Assembly: GCA_046538485.1 (NCBI GenBank)
Contig: JBKHIT010000021.1
Location: forward strand, 11,730-75,729
DNA from: Candidatus Brocadiia bacterium
GTDB lineage: Bacteria > Planctomycetota > Brocadiia > SM23-32
Direction of reading: 5' to 3'
DNA: 64,000 nucleotides
Notes under the pieces: generated by a model
Seen by the model: the letters and a program-made list of their open reading frames with translations, nothing else
Database searches by the model: none
What the model was told of the DNA's origin: nothing
Program-made: the position numbers and the translations under genes
Shown: in pieces, positions 49,057 through 58,578 of the stretch
Numbering within the stretch: position 1 is the first letter of the stretch
Layout: each line of letters begins with the position of its first letter

Positions 49057-51840
49057 TCACGACAAAAACTCCCGCAAAAACTTACCTGTTAGAGATCTTT
49101 CGCTGGCCGCGATATCCTCCGGTTTTCCAGCAGCCACGATCTCGCCTCCTCCCTGCCCCTCTCCTGGCCCCAAATCAATCACATAATCAGCACATTTAAT
49201 CACGTCGAGATTATGTTCCACCACTACAACAGCGTGCCCCCGATCCACGAGACTCTGGAAACAGGAAATCAGCTTTTTAACGTCGTCAAGATGCAGCCCC
49301 ACCGTCGGCTCGTCGAAAATCAAAAGCAGATTTTTTTTCCCGGTTTGCGCGACATAACTCGCCAGTTTCAACCGTTGCGCCTCGCCCCCTGAAAGCGTTG
49401 TCGCGGGCTGGCCAAGTTTCACGTATCCCAGTCCGACTTCATAGAGCGGACTCAGCCGGTTTACCACACGACGCTGGTCACGGAAAAAACGCATCGCCCG
49501 CTCAACTGTCATCTCAAGAACCTCATGTATAGAATGGCCTTTATACCTGATATTCAAAATATCCTCTCTGAACCGGCGCCCTTCACATTGATCGCATTTC
49601 ACATAAACATCCGCCAAAAACTGCATATCGACCTTAATATAACCGGCCCCTTCACAATGTTCGCACCGACCGCCCGGGGTATTGAACGAAAACGCGCCGG
49701 GATCCAGATTCCGCACCCTCGCCTCTTTTGTCTCAGCAAAAAGCTTCCGAATCGGCCCGTACGCTTTGATATACGTGGCGGGATTTGAGCGAGGCGTCCG
49801 GCCTATGGCGCTTTGATCTACTAACACAGCATCCTCAACAAGATCGTGTCCCGTGAGCCGACGGTGCGGCCCGATCTCATCCCCATATCCCCCCGGCTTC
49901 TGGCGTTTGACCGCTCCATAGAGCGTTTCCTCTACCAGCGAACTCTTACCACTCCCGCTTACACCTGTCACACAGGTCAACCGCTCAAGCGGGAATTCGA
50001 CGTCGATATCTTTGAGGTTATGATGAGAACAACCCTCTAATCGAAGGCTATCCGGAGTTTTTCCCCGCCGCCGATCCGGAACAGAGATCTCCGTCTCACC
50101 GCGAAGATACGCCCCCGTCACCGAATCCTCGCATTCGTATAATCCATCCACCGGCCCACTATAAACCACGCGCCCGCCCTGCTCGCCCGCCCCTGGACCG
50201 AGATCCACCACGTGATCGGCCTGTTCGATAATCTGCCGGTCGTGCTCGACAACAACAACCGTGTTGCCCCGATCGCGGAGACCGCAGATGATATCGATCA
50301 ACCGGTCGTTGTCCCGGGGATGCAATCCGATGCTGGGTTCATCGAGGATATACAGCGTATTGACCAGGGCAGACCCGAGACTGGTGGCCAGATTCACGCG
50401 TTGCATCTCCCCTCCGCTCAGAGTTCGCGTCGTCCGATCGAGCGTGATATAGCCCAGCCCAATGCGCTGGAGGTAATCGAGTCGTTGACGGATCTCGCTC
50501 AGGATGGTTTCCGTTATCTTCTGCTGGTAGTCGTCCAGCCCGAGGTCCCCTTCGAAAAACTCGTTCGCCTCCGCAATTGTCATCGCGTTGATATGAGCAA
50601 TGTTCGCGCCATCGATCTGCACCGACCGCGCTTCAGGGCAGAGCCGCGTGCCGTCACACCTGGTGCAGGTGACGTAACGGCGATACCGGCTCAGGAGGAC
50701 CCGGACGTGCATTTTGTATTTTTTCGACCGCAGCCATTCGAAGTAGTCCCGAACTCCGTAGAAATGTTCGGTTCCTTCCAGAACCTGCTCCCGCTGTTCT
50801 TCGCTCAAATCCTCCCACGGAACATCCAGCGGTATCCCGGCCTTTGGAGCCCCTTCCAGCAACTGGGCCTGGCAGTCTTCGGTACTTTTGGTGGTCCAGG
50901 GCTGGATCGCGCCTTCCCGGAGCGATAAACGCGGGTTGGGGATAACGCTCTGCCAGTCGATATCGATCGTGGCCCCGTAACCCGAACAGTTTTCGCACGC
51001 GCCGAGTGGACTGTTGAAAGAAAAGAGCTGGGGAGTAATTTCCGGGAGCGAACGGCCGCAGGAATTGCAGCGAAAATCCTGGCTGAAGCGCAAAACTTCG
51101 CCGTCTATGACCCGGATGACACACCTTCCCTGCCCGAGTCGGTAGCTGGTTTCGACGGCCTCGGCAAGACGTTCGCGGCTCTGGCCACCGGCCACCAGAC
51201 GATCCACAACCACCTCGGTGTTCGCACCGGCCGGGATATCGGGCTCTTCGACCGTGGAGATGTCGATCACCTCGGCGTCGACCAATATCCGCACGAATCC
51301 CATCTCCCGGATGCGATCAAGTTGTTCCTCAAGCTCGAGTTTCTCACTGAACTCGATCGGAAACGTGACCATAAAACGCGTCTTTTCCCCGAGTTCCATC
51401 CCCCGCTCGACCACTTCTCCCACCGTATGAGATCGGATCGGTTCACCGCAGTCCGGGCAAAAAACTTCTCCCGCCCGGGCGAACAGAAGCCGCAGGTAAT
51501 CGTTAACTTCCGTGGCGGTTCCCACCGTGGAACGCCGATTTTTGACGGGATTCTTCTGCTCAATGGCGATGGCGGGGGGGATGTTATCGATGCGGTCGAC
51601 ATCCGGCTTGTCCATCCGTTCGAGGAACTGGCGGGCGTAGGCGCTGAACGACTCGACATACCGCCTCTGTCCTTCCGCGTAGAGTGTATCGAGCACGAGG
51701 CTTGATTTGCCGCTACCGCTCACCCCCGTCACGGCGACAAACTTCCCTTTTGGCACGTCCAGATCCACGTTTTTCAGATTATGGACCCTGACACCCTGTA
51801 ATTTAATCGATCGGTGGTTGGGATGGGTTTCGCTCGTCAT
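49057..51840 (-). CDS. uvrA: excinuclease ABC subunit A
   Basis: two GVSGSGKSSL motifs, LSGGE twice, zinc fingers, FSFN motifs. Confidence 0.95.
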   Translation of the reverse strand: MTSETHPNHRSIKLQGVRVHNLKNVDLDVPKGKFVAVTGVSGSGKSSLVLDTLYAEGQRRYVESFSAYARQFLERMDKPDVDRIDNIPPAIAIEQKNPVKNRRSTVGTATEVNDYLRLLFARAGEVFCPDCGEPIRSHTVGEVVERGMELGEKTRFMVTFPIEFSEKLELEEQLDRIREMGFVRILVDAEVIDISTVEEPDIPAGANTEVVVDRLVAGGQSRERLAEAVETSYRLGQGRCVIRVIDGEVLRFSQDFRCNSCGRSLPEITPQLFSFNSPLGACENCSGYGATIDIDWQSVIPNPRLSLREGAIQPWTTKSTEDCQAQLLEGAPKAGIPLDVPWEDLSEEQREQVLEGTEHFYGVRDYFEWLRSKKYKMHVRVLLSRYRRYVTCTRCDGTRLCPEARSVQIDGANIAHINAMTIAEANEFFEGDLGLDDYQQKITETILSEIRQRLDYLQRIGLGYITLDRTTRTLSGGEMQRVNLATSLGSALVNTLYILDEPSIGLHPRDNDRLIDIICGLRDRGNTVVVVEHDRQIIEQADHVVDLGPGAGEQGGRVVYSGPVDGLYECEDSVTGAYLRGETEISVPDRRRGKTPDSLRLEGCSHHNLKDIDVEFPLERLTCVTGVSGSGKSSLVEETLYGAVKRQKPGGYGDEIGPHRRLTGHDLVEDAVLVDQSAIGRTPRSNPATYIKAYGPIRKLFAETKEARVRNLDPGAFSFNTPGGRCEHCEGAGYIKVDMQFLADVYVKCDQCEGRRFREDILNIRYKGHSIHEVLEMTVERAMRFFRDQRRVVNRLSPLYEVGLGYVKLGQPATTLSGGEAQRLKLASYVAQTGKKNLLLIFDEPTVGLHLDDVKKLISCFQSLVDRGHAVVVVEHNLDVIKCADYVIDLGPGEGQGGGEIVAAGKPEDIAASERSLTGKFLREFLS

Positions 51841-51956
51841 AACTTACCAATAAGCGTCGGTATACTCTCCGCAAACTATTCAGTATATCAGCCCCGGAGC
51901 AGACCCTCCAGCGGGGAAACATCAAACTTTGATACCGCCCATCCGGAGAAAACGGG

Positions 51957-52560
51957 CTACTGATTCACCCCGACGCCGGTCAAATTTCTGGGGATCGATC
52001 CAAGATAATAATAATTCGTGAACCGGGACACGTACGGCCAGTACTTCTCCCCCACGCTCCTGACTCCCCCATCCGCGCAGACCGAATTGTGGTTCGGCAT
52101 GCCGTCGGGCGGATATACTCCCCACCGTCTCCAGCTCGCCGAATGCATCGATCCCAGTCCCTCGGTCCATTCTGATGGATCATCCGCTTTCACGTTGTTG
52201 TCCCACCACAATCCACTTTTAAAATTCCCGTAGAGATGGGGACCTCGCAGACGTCGATGAAACTCATCGTAATTACATGCATTATTTTCGCACCCGCCGG
52301 AAGTATCATAGATGAGTTTATCGGCAACGAGAGCCTCGCCGGGGTTTACACTTGTTGCACGGAGGGGTGCCGCATAACGGTACGCCACCTCCACGGCCAT
52401 ACCGTTTGCCACCCAGCGCGAATCGACGCCCGTCCACCCGTACCAACCGTATCCGTCTCCCCGCGGAGGCGATCCCTTTTTCCGGATGAGCGGGCCGACC
52501 CGATGCTGTTTGCTCCCCAGGTATCCTCCAAAGATCGCGGTCAGTCTTACCCCCCCGGCA
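51957..52560 (-). pseudogene. 5'-truncated prepilin-type (DUF1559-like) gene remnant
   Basis: aromatic/Gly-rich frame ending NHNSVCADGGVRSV...*; no prepilin N-terminus; 5' boundary approximate. Confidence 0.5.
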
Positions 52561-52606
52561 GTGAGACGATCCACGTCAGATGCCGTGCGAGCAATGCACA
52601 GAAAGA

Positions 52607-53476
52607 TCACTCGCTGTCCCGAACGCGAATGGCGTAGGCGAAAAACGCTGCGCTGATCAGCAGGATCCCGGCACTGATCGCCGATCCCTCCAGCCCAAAT
52701 TCGCCGCCACTTACCATCGGTCGGTCTCCCGCGGATTCCAGGTGCATCAGCCCCGGCATCTGAATCCCGCTGACCGGCAGGCCAAAAACAACGCCCTGAA
52801 GCGCATTCCATCCGTAATGCCAGGCCGTCGTGAACCAGAGGCTGCCGGTCAACAGATAGGCCAGACCCAGTACTATTCCCGCCAGAAACGTGTTCAGGGC
52901 CGGCAGCGGATTCGCAAAAAACGCCGGGTTCAACATATGAAATGCGCTGAAGATCATGCTGGTGCCGATCACGGCTATTGCCCTGTGACCGCTCTCATCC
53001 AGGTTCTGAAGCAGGTATCCCCGCACGGCAATCTCTTCGGCAAAGGCCGCCGGCAACAGAGCCACAGCCAGAAAAGGGATGACAGAACTCTGGACTATCC
53101 CTGTATACCGTAGCGCACCGGCCAAAAAAAGAACCAGAACCGGTATCGCCGCCGTGATACACCCGAGCACCAATCCCAGGGGCGGCGTAATCCAATCCAA
53201 CGCGCCATGTTGCATTCTGAGGCCGATCAGCTTCCGCCTGTCGAGTCGCCTGCGGCAAAACCAGACCCAGAACAGACTCACCAGCGCGAAAGGCACTGCG
53301 CAGACGCTCAGAGCCCAGGGCACCTGCGGTTCAGGCACTTCCCCGAAAAACAGTCCCAAAAACAGACCTGCTGCCACCCCGACCAAAATGTAAGCGGCGA
53401 CCAGGCCCAGCATGAAAACGACAAACCGCCAGAGGATGCGGAGTCGGCCTTCGGAATCGAGAAATACTTTTTTCAT
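52607..53476 (-). CDS. CPBP (Abi/CAAX) intramembrane glutamic endopeptidase
   Basis: EEIAVRGY, FSAFH, HYGWN. Confidence 0.92.
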   Translation of the reverse strand: MKKVFLDSEGRLRILWRFVVFMLGLVAAYILVGVAAGLFLGLFFGEVPEPQVPWALSVCAVPFALVSLFWVWFCRRRLDRRKLIGLRMQHGALDWITPPLGLVLGCITAAIPVLVLFLAGALRYTGIVQSSVIPFLAVALLPAAFAEEIAVRGYLLQNLDESGHRAIAVIGTSMIFSAFHMLNPAFFANPLPALNTFLAGIVLGLAYLLTGSLWFTTAWHYGWNALQGVVFGLPVSGIQMPGLMHLESAGDRPMVSGGEFGLEGSAISAGILLISAAFFAYAIRVRDSE

Positions 53477-53603
53477 TATCAGGACCCTCTGAAACTTTGC
53501 AATAATTTCTGGCAAATAAGCCTGAATCTTACAGATGCAGTCTAAGTCTGTATCGGCCCTCCGGGCCTCCTTTCGGACTACATAGAAGTTTATCCGTCCT
53601 CTG

Positions 53604-53681
53604 GCAAGCAATCTCGTCGTTTCTTTGGTCCAACAGCGAGATTACCACGGCGCCCCGCTTCGTGCTTCGCCTCGCAATGGC
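53604..53681. repeat. family D repeat
   Basis: matches 24996-25074. Confidence 0.75.
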
Positions 53682-53703
53682 AGAGAATGCCATTAAAACG
53701 CCG

Positions 53704-56313
53704 TTACGATAAGGATTCTTCCAGCGGGATGGCTTCAATATTGCCCAGCGGACACCGCTCGATGCAAAGCCCACAACCGGCGCATTCTTCCTCATCCACC
53801 ACGTATTTCGTGCCCGTTTCATCCAGCACAATCGCGTCATACGGACATATCCGGTAACAGAGCCCGCACCCGACACCACACCCGCACGCGAAACACCGCC
53901 CAGCTTCTTCCTGGGCCTCTTCCCGGGAGTAGTCAAGTTCGACCGGATGAAAATCTTTTATCCGCAACGAAGAATCTCGTCTCGGGGGCTTAACTCGATC
54001 GGCCAGTTCCCTGTCCGCGTTGTGCTCCAGAACACCTTTTTTGTCCACCATCTGGGACTCACCCCATCGTTGCCGGGCTTCTTCGAGCCCTTCGCCGGCG
54101 AGGAAACTGTCAACCCGCAGGGCTGTTCGGCGGCCAGAACCTATTGCCTCGATGACCGAACCCGTTTCGCCGGTGACATCCCCGGCGGCGAAAACTTCCT
54201 CCAGGGAGGTCGTTCCAAAATCGTCCAGAACCTTCACGTTGCCACCCGAGGTAAATTCAACGCCTTCTTCAACACCCACCGCCTTCGAGTCCGGCAACTG
54301 GCTCACCGCCGTCAAAACCTGATCGACGTTCAAACCGTATTCGATATCGTCGACCAGAACAGGCGGACGCCGCTGGCCTTCCGGCGCTGTGCCGAGGTAG
54401 CCACCGCGCAGGACCAGCTCTTTTACTTTTCCTTCTCCATCCTGTTCCACACGCAAGGGTGTGGCAAGATAAAGGATATGAATTCCTTCTTCCTCGGTTT
54501 CTTCGATTTCTTCCTCGTTGATCGGCATCTCGTCGCGGGATCGTCGATAGACGACAAACACTTCTTCAGCCCCCAGGCGCAACGCGGTGCGCGCAGTGTC
54601 AAGTGCCGTTCCCCCGCCACCGATAACGGCCACCCGTTTTCCCACGGTTACATCATCGCCCCGAGAAACACGTTTGAGTGAGCTTAGAGCTTCTGAAACT
54701 CCTGCGGCGTCCTCGCCCGGTATTTCCAGACACGCCCCTTTGTCGGCCCCAAAAGCCAGGACAACGGCATCATAATCTGATCGCAACTCGCCCATTGTAA
54801 AATCTTGCCCGAGCCGCTGTTCGCAAAGGATATTAACCCCCACTTGCTCGATGTATGCGATCTCTTCGTCCACGATTTCCCGCGGCAGTCGGTATTTCGG
54901 GATGGACCAGCGCAACATCCCACCGGGCTTTTCGGACGCTTCGTAAACCGTCACGTCGTGTCCGAATCGCGCCAGATCATGAGCGGTTGTCAGTCCCGCA
55001 GGGCCGGCGCCCACCACGGCAACTTTTTTGCCGGTCGGATCGGCTTTTTCGATGGCGACCTCACTCAGAGGAGCATTCTTCCGCCCCCATTCGATAACGT
55101 GTTTTTTCAGAGCCCGGATGGCGATAGGATCATCCAGCCAGGCCCGCGTGCATTCGTCTTCGCACGGATGATAACACACCCATCCGCAGACGCTCTGGAA
55201 CGGATTCGCCGTCCGAATCGCATCCAGCGCACCTTCGATATCCCCCTCCGCGATGCGGTTCACATAAGCCTGAGCGGGCACGTGAGCCGGGCAGGCATGC
55301 ACGCACGGGGCGTTGGTTTCGGTGTGGATATACGCGGTAAAAGTCTGGGTTCTATCGACCTCTTCGGTACCGACAATTTTCTGCGCCGCACTTCCCCGGA
55401 ACGAAGCCAGATCGGGATGTCCTTTCTCATCCATCCAATTCTCGATGCCGTCGACGATTCCCCGGATTACTTCGTATCCGTTCAGCACCACAACGCTGCA
55501 GATCTGAACGACCTGCGCGCCCGCCAGGAGATATTTGACGGCATCTTCCCCGCGCGTAACACCACCGCTTCCGGCGATATCGATGTCGATCTGAGGTTGG
55601 ATCTCACTGATCCATCGAAGAGGATACTGAATGGCCCACGGGCCCCCGTGCCCGGCATATCCGCCGTGCAGGATGGGGCTTTCTTCATCGATATCGATCT
55701 CCAGCCCGGTCATGCGGTTGAAGATCGTAACTCCCTGGACGCCAATTTCTTTCAGCCCATTCACGAGACCGATGGGACTGGTCAGCATTGGGCTGATCTT
55801 CGCGATCAGGGGAAGATCGACCGCTTCTCTGACAACCCGGACTGTATCGACGATGGTTTCCTCGACCGCTCCGCCTCGAAATGTAATGGAACCGTGCGGG
55901 CACGAGGTATTCAGCTCGATCGCGGGCGCTCCGGCAGCGGCAACTTTCTCCGCGGCCTCGGCCCACCCCTTCGGGGTGATACAGTTAATGCTCGGGATGA
56001 TCTTGATATCGAGTTCTTCCACCGCCCGCGCAACTTCTTCGCAGTGACGGTCGATGTCCCAGCTACTGGCCTGTTCGTACGACATGAACGTGAACGTCTC
56101 TTCCTGTTCCATATCGTGTTCGATCAGGTGGTAGCGCGGAGAGGGATCCTTCCGGCAGATTTCCTCCTCGAAATAACTTTTCATCACGACCGCCGCCGCT
56201 CCGTTGTCCTGGCAGCGACGCATCTTGTCGATGTTTTCGGTAATCCCGGCTGAAGAGACAATGATGGGATTTTTGAGTTTTAAACCGGCAAAAGTGGTCT
56301 GCAAATCAGCCAT
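53704..56313 (-). CDS. fused dihydropyrimidine dehydrogenase-like flavo-iron-sulfur protein (FMN barrel, GltD-like module, ferredoxin)
   Basis: LKNPIIVSS, ELNTSCPH, GSGGV; CVHACP, CGWVCYHPCE, GAGPAG, GGGGTA, AAGD; CGLCYRICP, CAGCGLCIERCP. Confidence 0.85.
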   Translation of the reverse strand: MADLQTTFAGLKLKNPIIVSSAGITENIDKMRRCQDNGAAAVVMKSYFEEEICRKDPSPRYHLIEHDMEQEETFTFMSYEQASSWDIDRHCEEVARAVEELDIKIIPSINCITPKGWAEAAEKVAAAGAPAIELNTSCPHGSITFRGGAVEETIVDTVRVVREAVDLPLIAKISPMLTSPIGLVNGLKEIGVQGVTIFNRMTGLEIDIDEESPILHGGYAGHGGPWAIQYPLRWISEIQPQIDIDIAGSGGVTRGEDAVKYLLAGAQVVQICSVVVLNGYEVIRGIVDGIENWMDEKGHPDLASFRGSAAQKIVGTEEVDRTQTFTAYIHTETNAPCVHACPAHVPAQAYVNRIAEGDIEGALDAIRTANPFQSVCGWVCYHPCEDECTRAWLDDPIAIRALKKHVIEWGRKNAPLSEVAIEKADPTGKKVAVVGAGPAGLTTAHDLARFGHDVTVYEASEKPGGMLRWSIPKYRLPREIVDEEIAYIEQVGVNILCEQRLGQDFTMGELRSDYDAVVLAFGADKGACLEIPGEDAAGVSEALSSLKRVSRGDDVTVGKRVAVIGGGGTALDTARTALRLGAEEVFVVYRRSRDEMPINEEEIEETEEEGIHILYLATPLRVEQDGEGKVKELVLRGGYLGTAPEGQRRPPVLVDDIEYGLNVDQVLTAVSQLPDSKAVGVEEGVEFTSGGNVKVLDDFGTTSLEEVFAAGDVTGETGSVIEAIGSGRRTALRVDSFLAGEGLEEARQRWGESQMVDKKGVLEHNADRELADRVKPPRRDSSLRIKDFHPVELDYSREEAQEEAGRCFACGCGVGCGLCYRICPYDAIVLDETGTKYVVDEEECAGCGLCIERCPLGNIEAIPLEESLS

Positions 56314-56331
56314 AATCTTTGTTTCCTGTTT

Positions 56332-56805
56332 CTACATCTTCTCGAGCAAAACAACCGCCTGCGCCTCAAGGGCTTCCTGGCGCCCGACGGGACCGACCCC
56401 TTCGGCGGTCCGCGCTTTCACGCTGACGCTTCCAGGGGCAATATTGAGCAGATCCGCGATGTTGCGGCGCATTTCCTCCTTAAGATCGCCAATACGTGGA
56501 CGCTCAGCGATTATATTGAGGTCCACATTGACAACTTTCAGGGATCTTTCGGCAAGCATTCCCATAACGATCTGGAGAATGTCTCTGCTGTTGGCATCTT
56601 TCCATCGATCGTCGGTATCAGGAAAATGTTCGCCAAGGTCGCCGAGCGCGGCTGCTCCGAGAATCGCATCGGCCACCGCGTGAAGGGCAGCGTCCGCGTC
56701 GCTATGGCCGACAAGTCCGAGTGGGGAATCAAACTCCACCCCGCCCAGAACCAGCCGTCCGCCTTCTTCGAAACGGTGAATATCATATCCAATTCCCACG
56801 CGCAT
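56332..56805 (-). CDS. ispF: 2-C-methyl-D-erythritol 2,4-cyclodiphosphate synthase
   Basis: RVGIGYDIH, GHSDAD, GDLGEHFP, SVKART. Confidence 0.96.
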   Translation of the reverse strand: MRVGIGYDIHRFEEGGRLVLGGVEFDSPLGLVGHSDADAALHAVADAILGAAALGDLGEHFPDTDDRWKDANSRDILQIVMGMLAERSLKVVNVDLNIIAERPRIGDLKEEMRRNIADLLNIAPGSVSVKARTAEGVGPVGRQEALEAQAVVLLEKM

Positions 56806-57168
56806 CTTTCTCTCCCAAAATGCACCCGCAAAAAGAAACGGGTTTGATAAAAAGAAGGCAGGGCCGCTCATGCGGCGTCCAAACCGCGTACTGACTTATC
56901 GCTGAGATTAATCAGTCGCTCGGTATTATACCAGAGCCGCCGCAGATCTGTCATCCCGAAGCGTGATGAAGGAATTTGCGCTCTGGGTCCCTGCGGTGGC
57001 TGGTAACCGGACATTTGCCGAGAATTGTGCTGCCCGTTCACATCCCACCGGGCGCAAATTCCTCAGCTTCCCTCCGGAAATGTCTTTGAGGGTTGTTGTA
57101 ATACAAACCTTATGTCTGGTGTCAATCATTCTGTAAGCCTAAAACCCCGCTTCTCGACCGCGTATCCC

Positions 57169-57224
57169 GGAGACTCGAGTTCAGCTCAGCCCGCCACCGG
57201 CGGGCGAAACTGGACTTGAGGCGG
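57169..57224. repeat. family C palindromic repeat
   Basis: GGAGACTCGAGTTCAGCT-CAGCCCGCCACCGGCGGGCG-AAACTGGACTTGAGGCGG. Confidence 0.75.
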
Positions 57225-57243
57225 GCAAATCTCGCAGAAGTGA

Positions 57244-57601
57244 GGGGAGAAGGCCCGCCAACAAGAACACTTCTCTCCTTGCAGCCGGACTGCTGACAAG
57301 CAGGATTCCTTTCGTACTGAATGCGCGAACGGCTCGCCTCCGGAAATTGCTCAAGCATACCGGGACGCAAGAGCCGGAGGCGAGGGACGCTTTCAATTGG
57401 AAGCGCCCCCCCTGTCAGCTTGCGTGACAGGAGGCAGAGATTGAGTGGGCTAGCCATGGGAACGCCATACATCCCCGGCCCCTGCCGGCTTGCCCGGCAG
57501 GTGAAGAAGATTCCCCGGCGGCGAACCAGGAGCTCTTGCCCTTGCAGTGAGTCTCGTCTCAATCTTCTTCACCCACGGGACAAGATGTTGACATATGTCA
57601 A
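57244..57601. ncRNA. candidate structured RNA or ssDNA element of unknown class
   Basis: six adjacent hairpins including perfect 11- and 13-bp stems and two homologous 21-nt hairpins with compensatory changes. Confidence 0.45.
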
Positions 57602-57648
57602 GATGGTAGGCCGCGGGGGTCGGAAACCAGGAGGCAGGACGGTTAAAA

Positions 57649-57890
57649 AACCCGTATGAACTCAAAGAGCGCGTGCGAGACAATTTGACCTTCTGGGGCG
57701 GGCCCGGAAGCCAGAGCATCATCCCCCACGGCGCACCGGAAGACATTCACGCGGAGGTGCGCCGGCTCTGCCAGAAAGTTGGCCGCGGCGGAGGTTATAT
57801 CCTCGCACCGGCCAAACCGCTCCACCCGAAACGCCCACAGAAAACGCCGTCGCCGTCTTCGAAGCCTTCTCGGGGCAAGATGTGGGCTAA
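57649..57890 (+). pseudogene. C-terminal remnant of a URO-D family gene with a frameshift
   Basis: NPYELKE...TFWGG.GSQ...GGGYILAPAKPL, then shifted frame PETPTENAVAVFEAF. Confidence 0.75.
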
Positions 57891-58000
57891 GCGGTCTCGT
57901 GTAAGTATCCCAACGTTTTGAGACAGAAAGTTATCGGTTCCGAAACCCCTTATCGTCGGCTGGAAGCCCACCATAAACCCGCTCCCCAAATACCGTATCA

Positions 58001-58168
58001 GTAGCGGACTGGACTTCAGAACCGCTCCTGCGGGGCTGGAGTTCAGAACGCGGTCCGGAAACCTGCTGGTTTCGCGCCAGATCGCTGGCCCGGTGTTTGG
58101 CCAGCCCCGCGAGTGCGGAGGCGAACCACAAACGGCAGGTCCGTCTCGGCGATGCGGACCTACAGCTC
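58001..58168 (+). repeat. composite repeat: family A plus inward-facing GTAG REP (family B)
   Basis: GTAGCGGACTGGACTTCAG...GGAGTTCAGAACGCGGT; minus-strand GTAGGTCCG-N11-CGGACCTGC. Confidence 0.85.
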
Positions 58169-58578
58169 TGGGGCATTCTCCGAAAATCGCAGCAGTTCCT
58201 GGTCTTTGAAACTTCCCGGAATATAACCCGGCCTCAAGTATCCGGGACGCCACGTAGATGTAGGGCAACCGATTTCATTTTACGAAGATGAAATCGGTAG
58301 AGCAGGACAAAGTAGAGAGTGGAGAGGAGATACAGCAAAAACAGAAGCTTCCACAAAACAAAATGCTCAATAAAGCGCTCTCTCCTGCGGTCTCCTTTCT
58401 ATATTCTCCTTTCACGTCCAGAGAATCGCCGAGCGCGCCCTGCCGTTTTGCGCCGGTTTTGTCACAACCATTTTGCGCTCGGAGCAAATTCTCGCAATAA
58501 TAGCACGTGGTTGACAGAAACGTCCGGGAGCAAAGGGGTATTTGTCCGGACAGCTGATTTCGCCGAAAGGAGTCAGGA

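Noticed and set aside
1514..52560. Diversity-generating retroelement acting on the pilin heads
   Set aside because: No reverse transcriptase and no template/variable repeat pair seen
54805..56253. Long antisense ORFs (also 6299-7390, 7941-9038, 20205-21353, 62563-63876)
   Set aside because: Shadows of well-supported genes in GC-rich DNA, with no recognisable motifs
57244..57601. RNase P RNA, tmRNA, SRP RNA, T-box or group II intron
   Set aside because: Their hallmark sequences were not found on either strand
13814..58168. CRISPR array or integron attC sites from the recurring repeats
   Set aside because: Copies are dispersed in both orientations, with no regular spacers, no RYYYAAC/GTTRRRY ends and no cas or integrase gene
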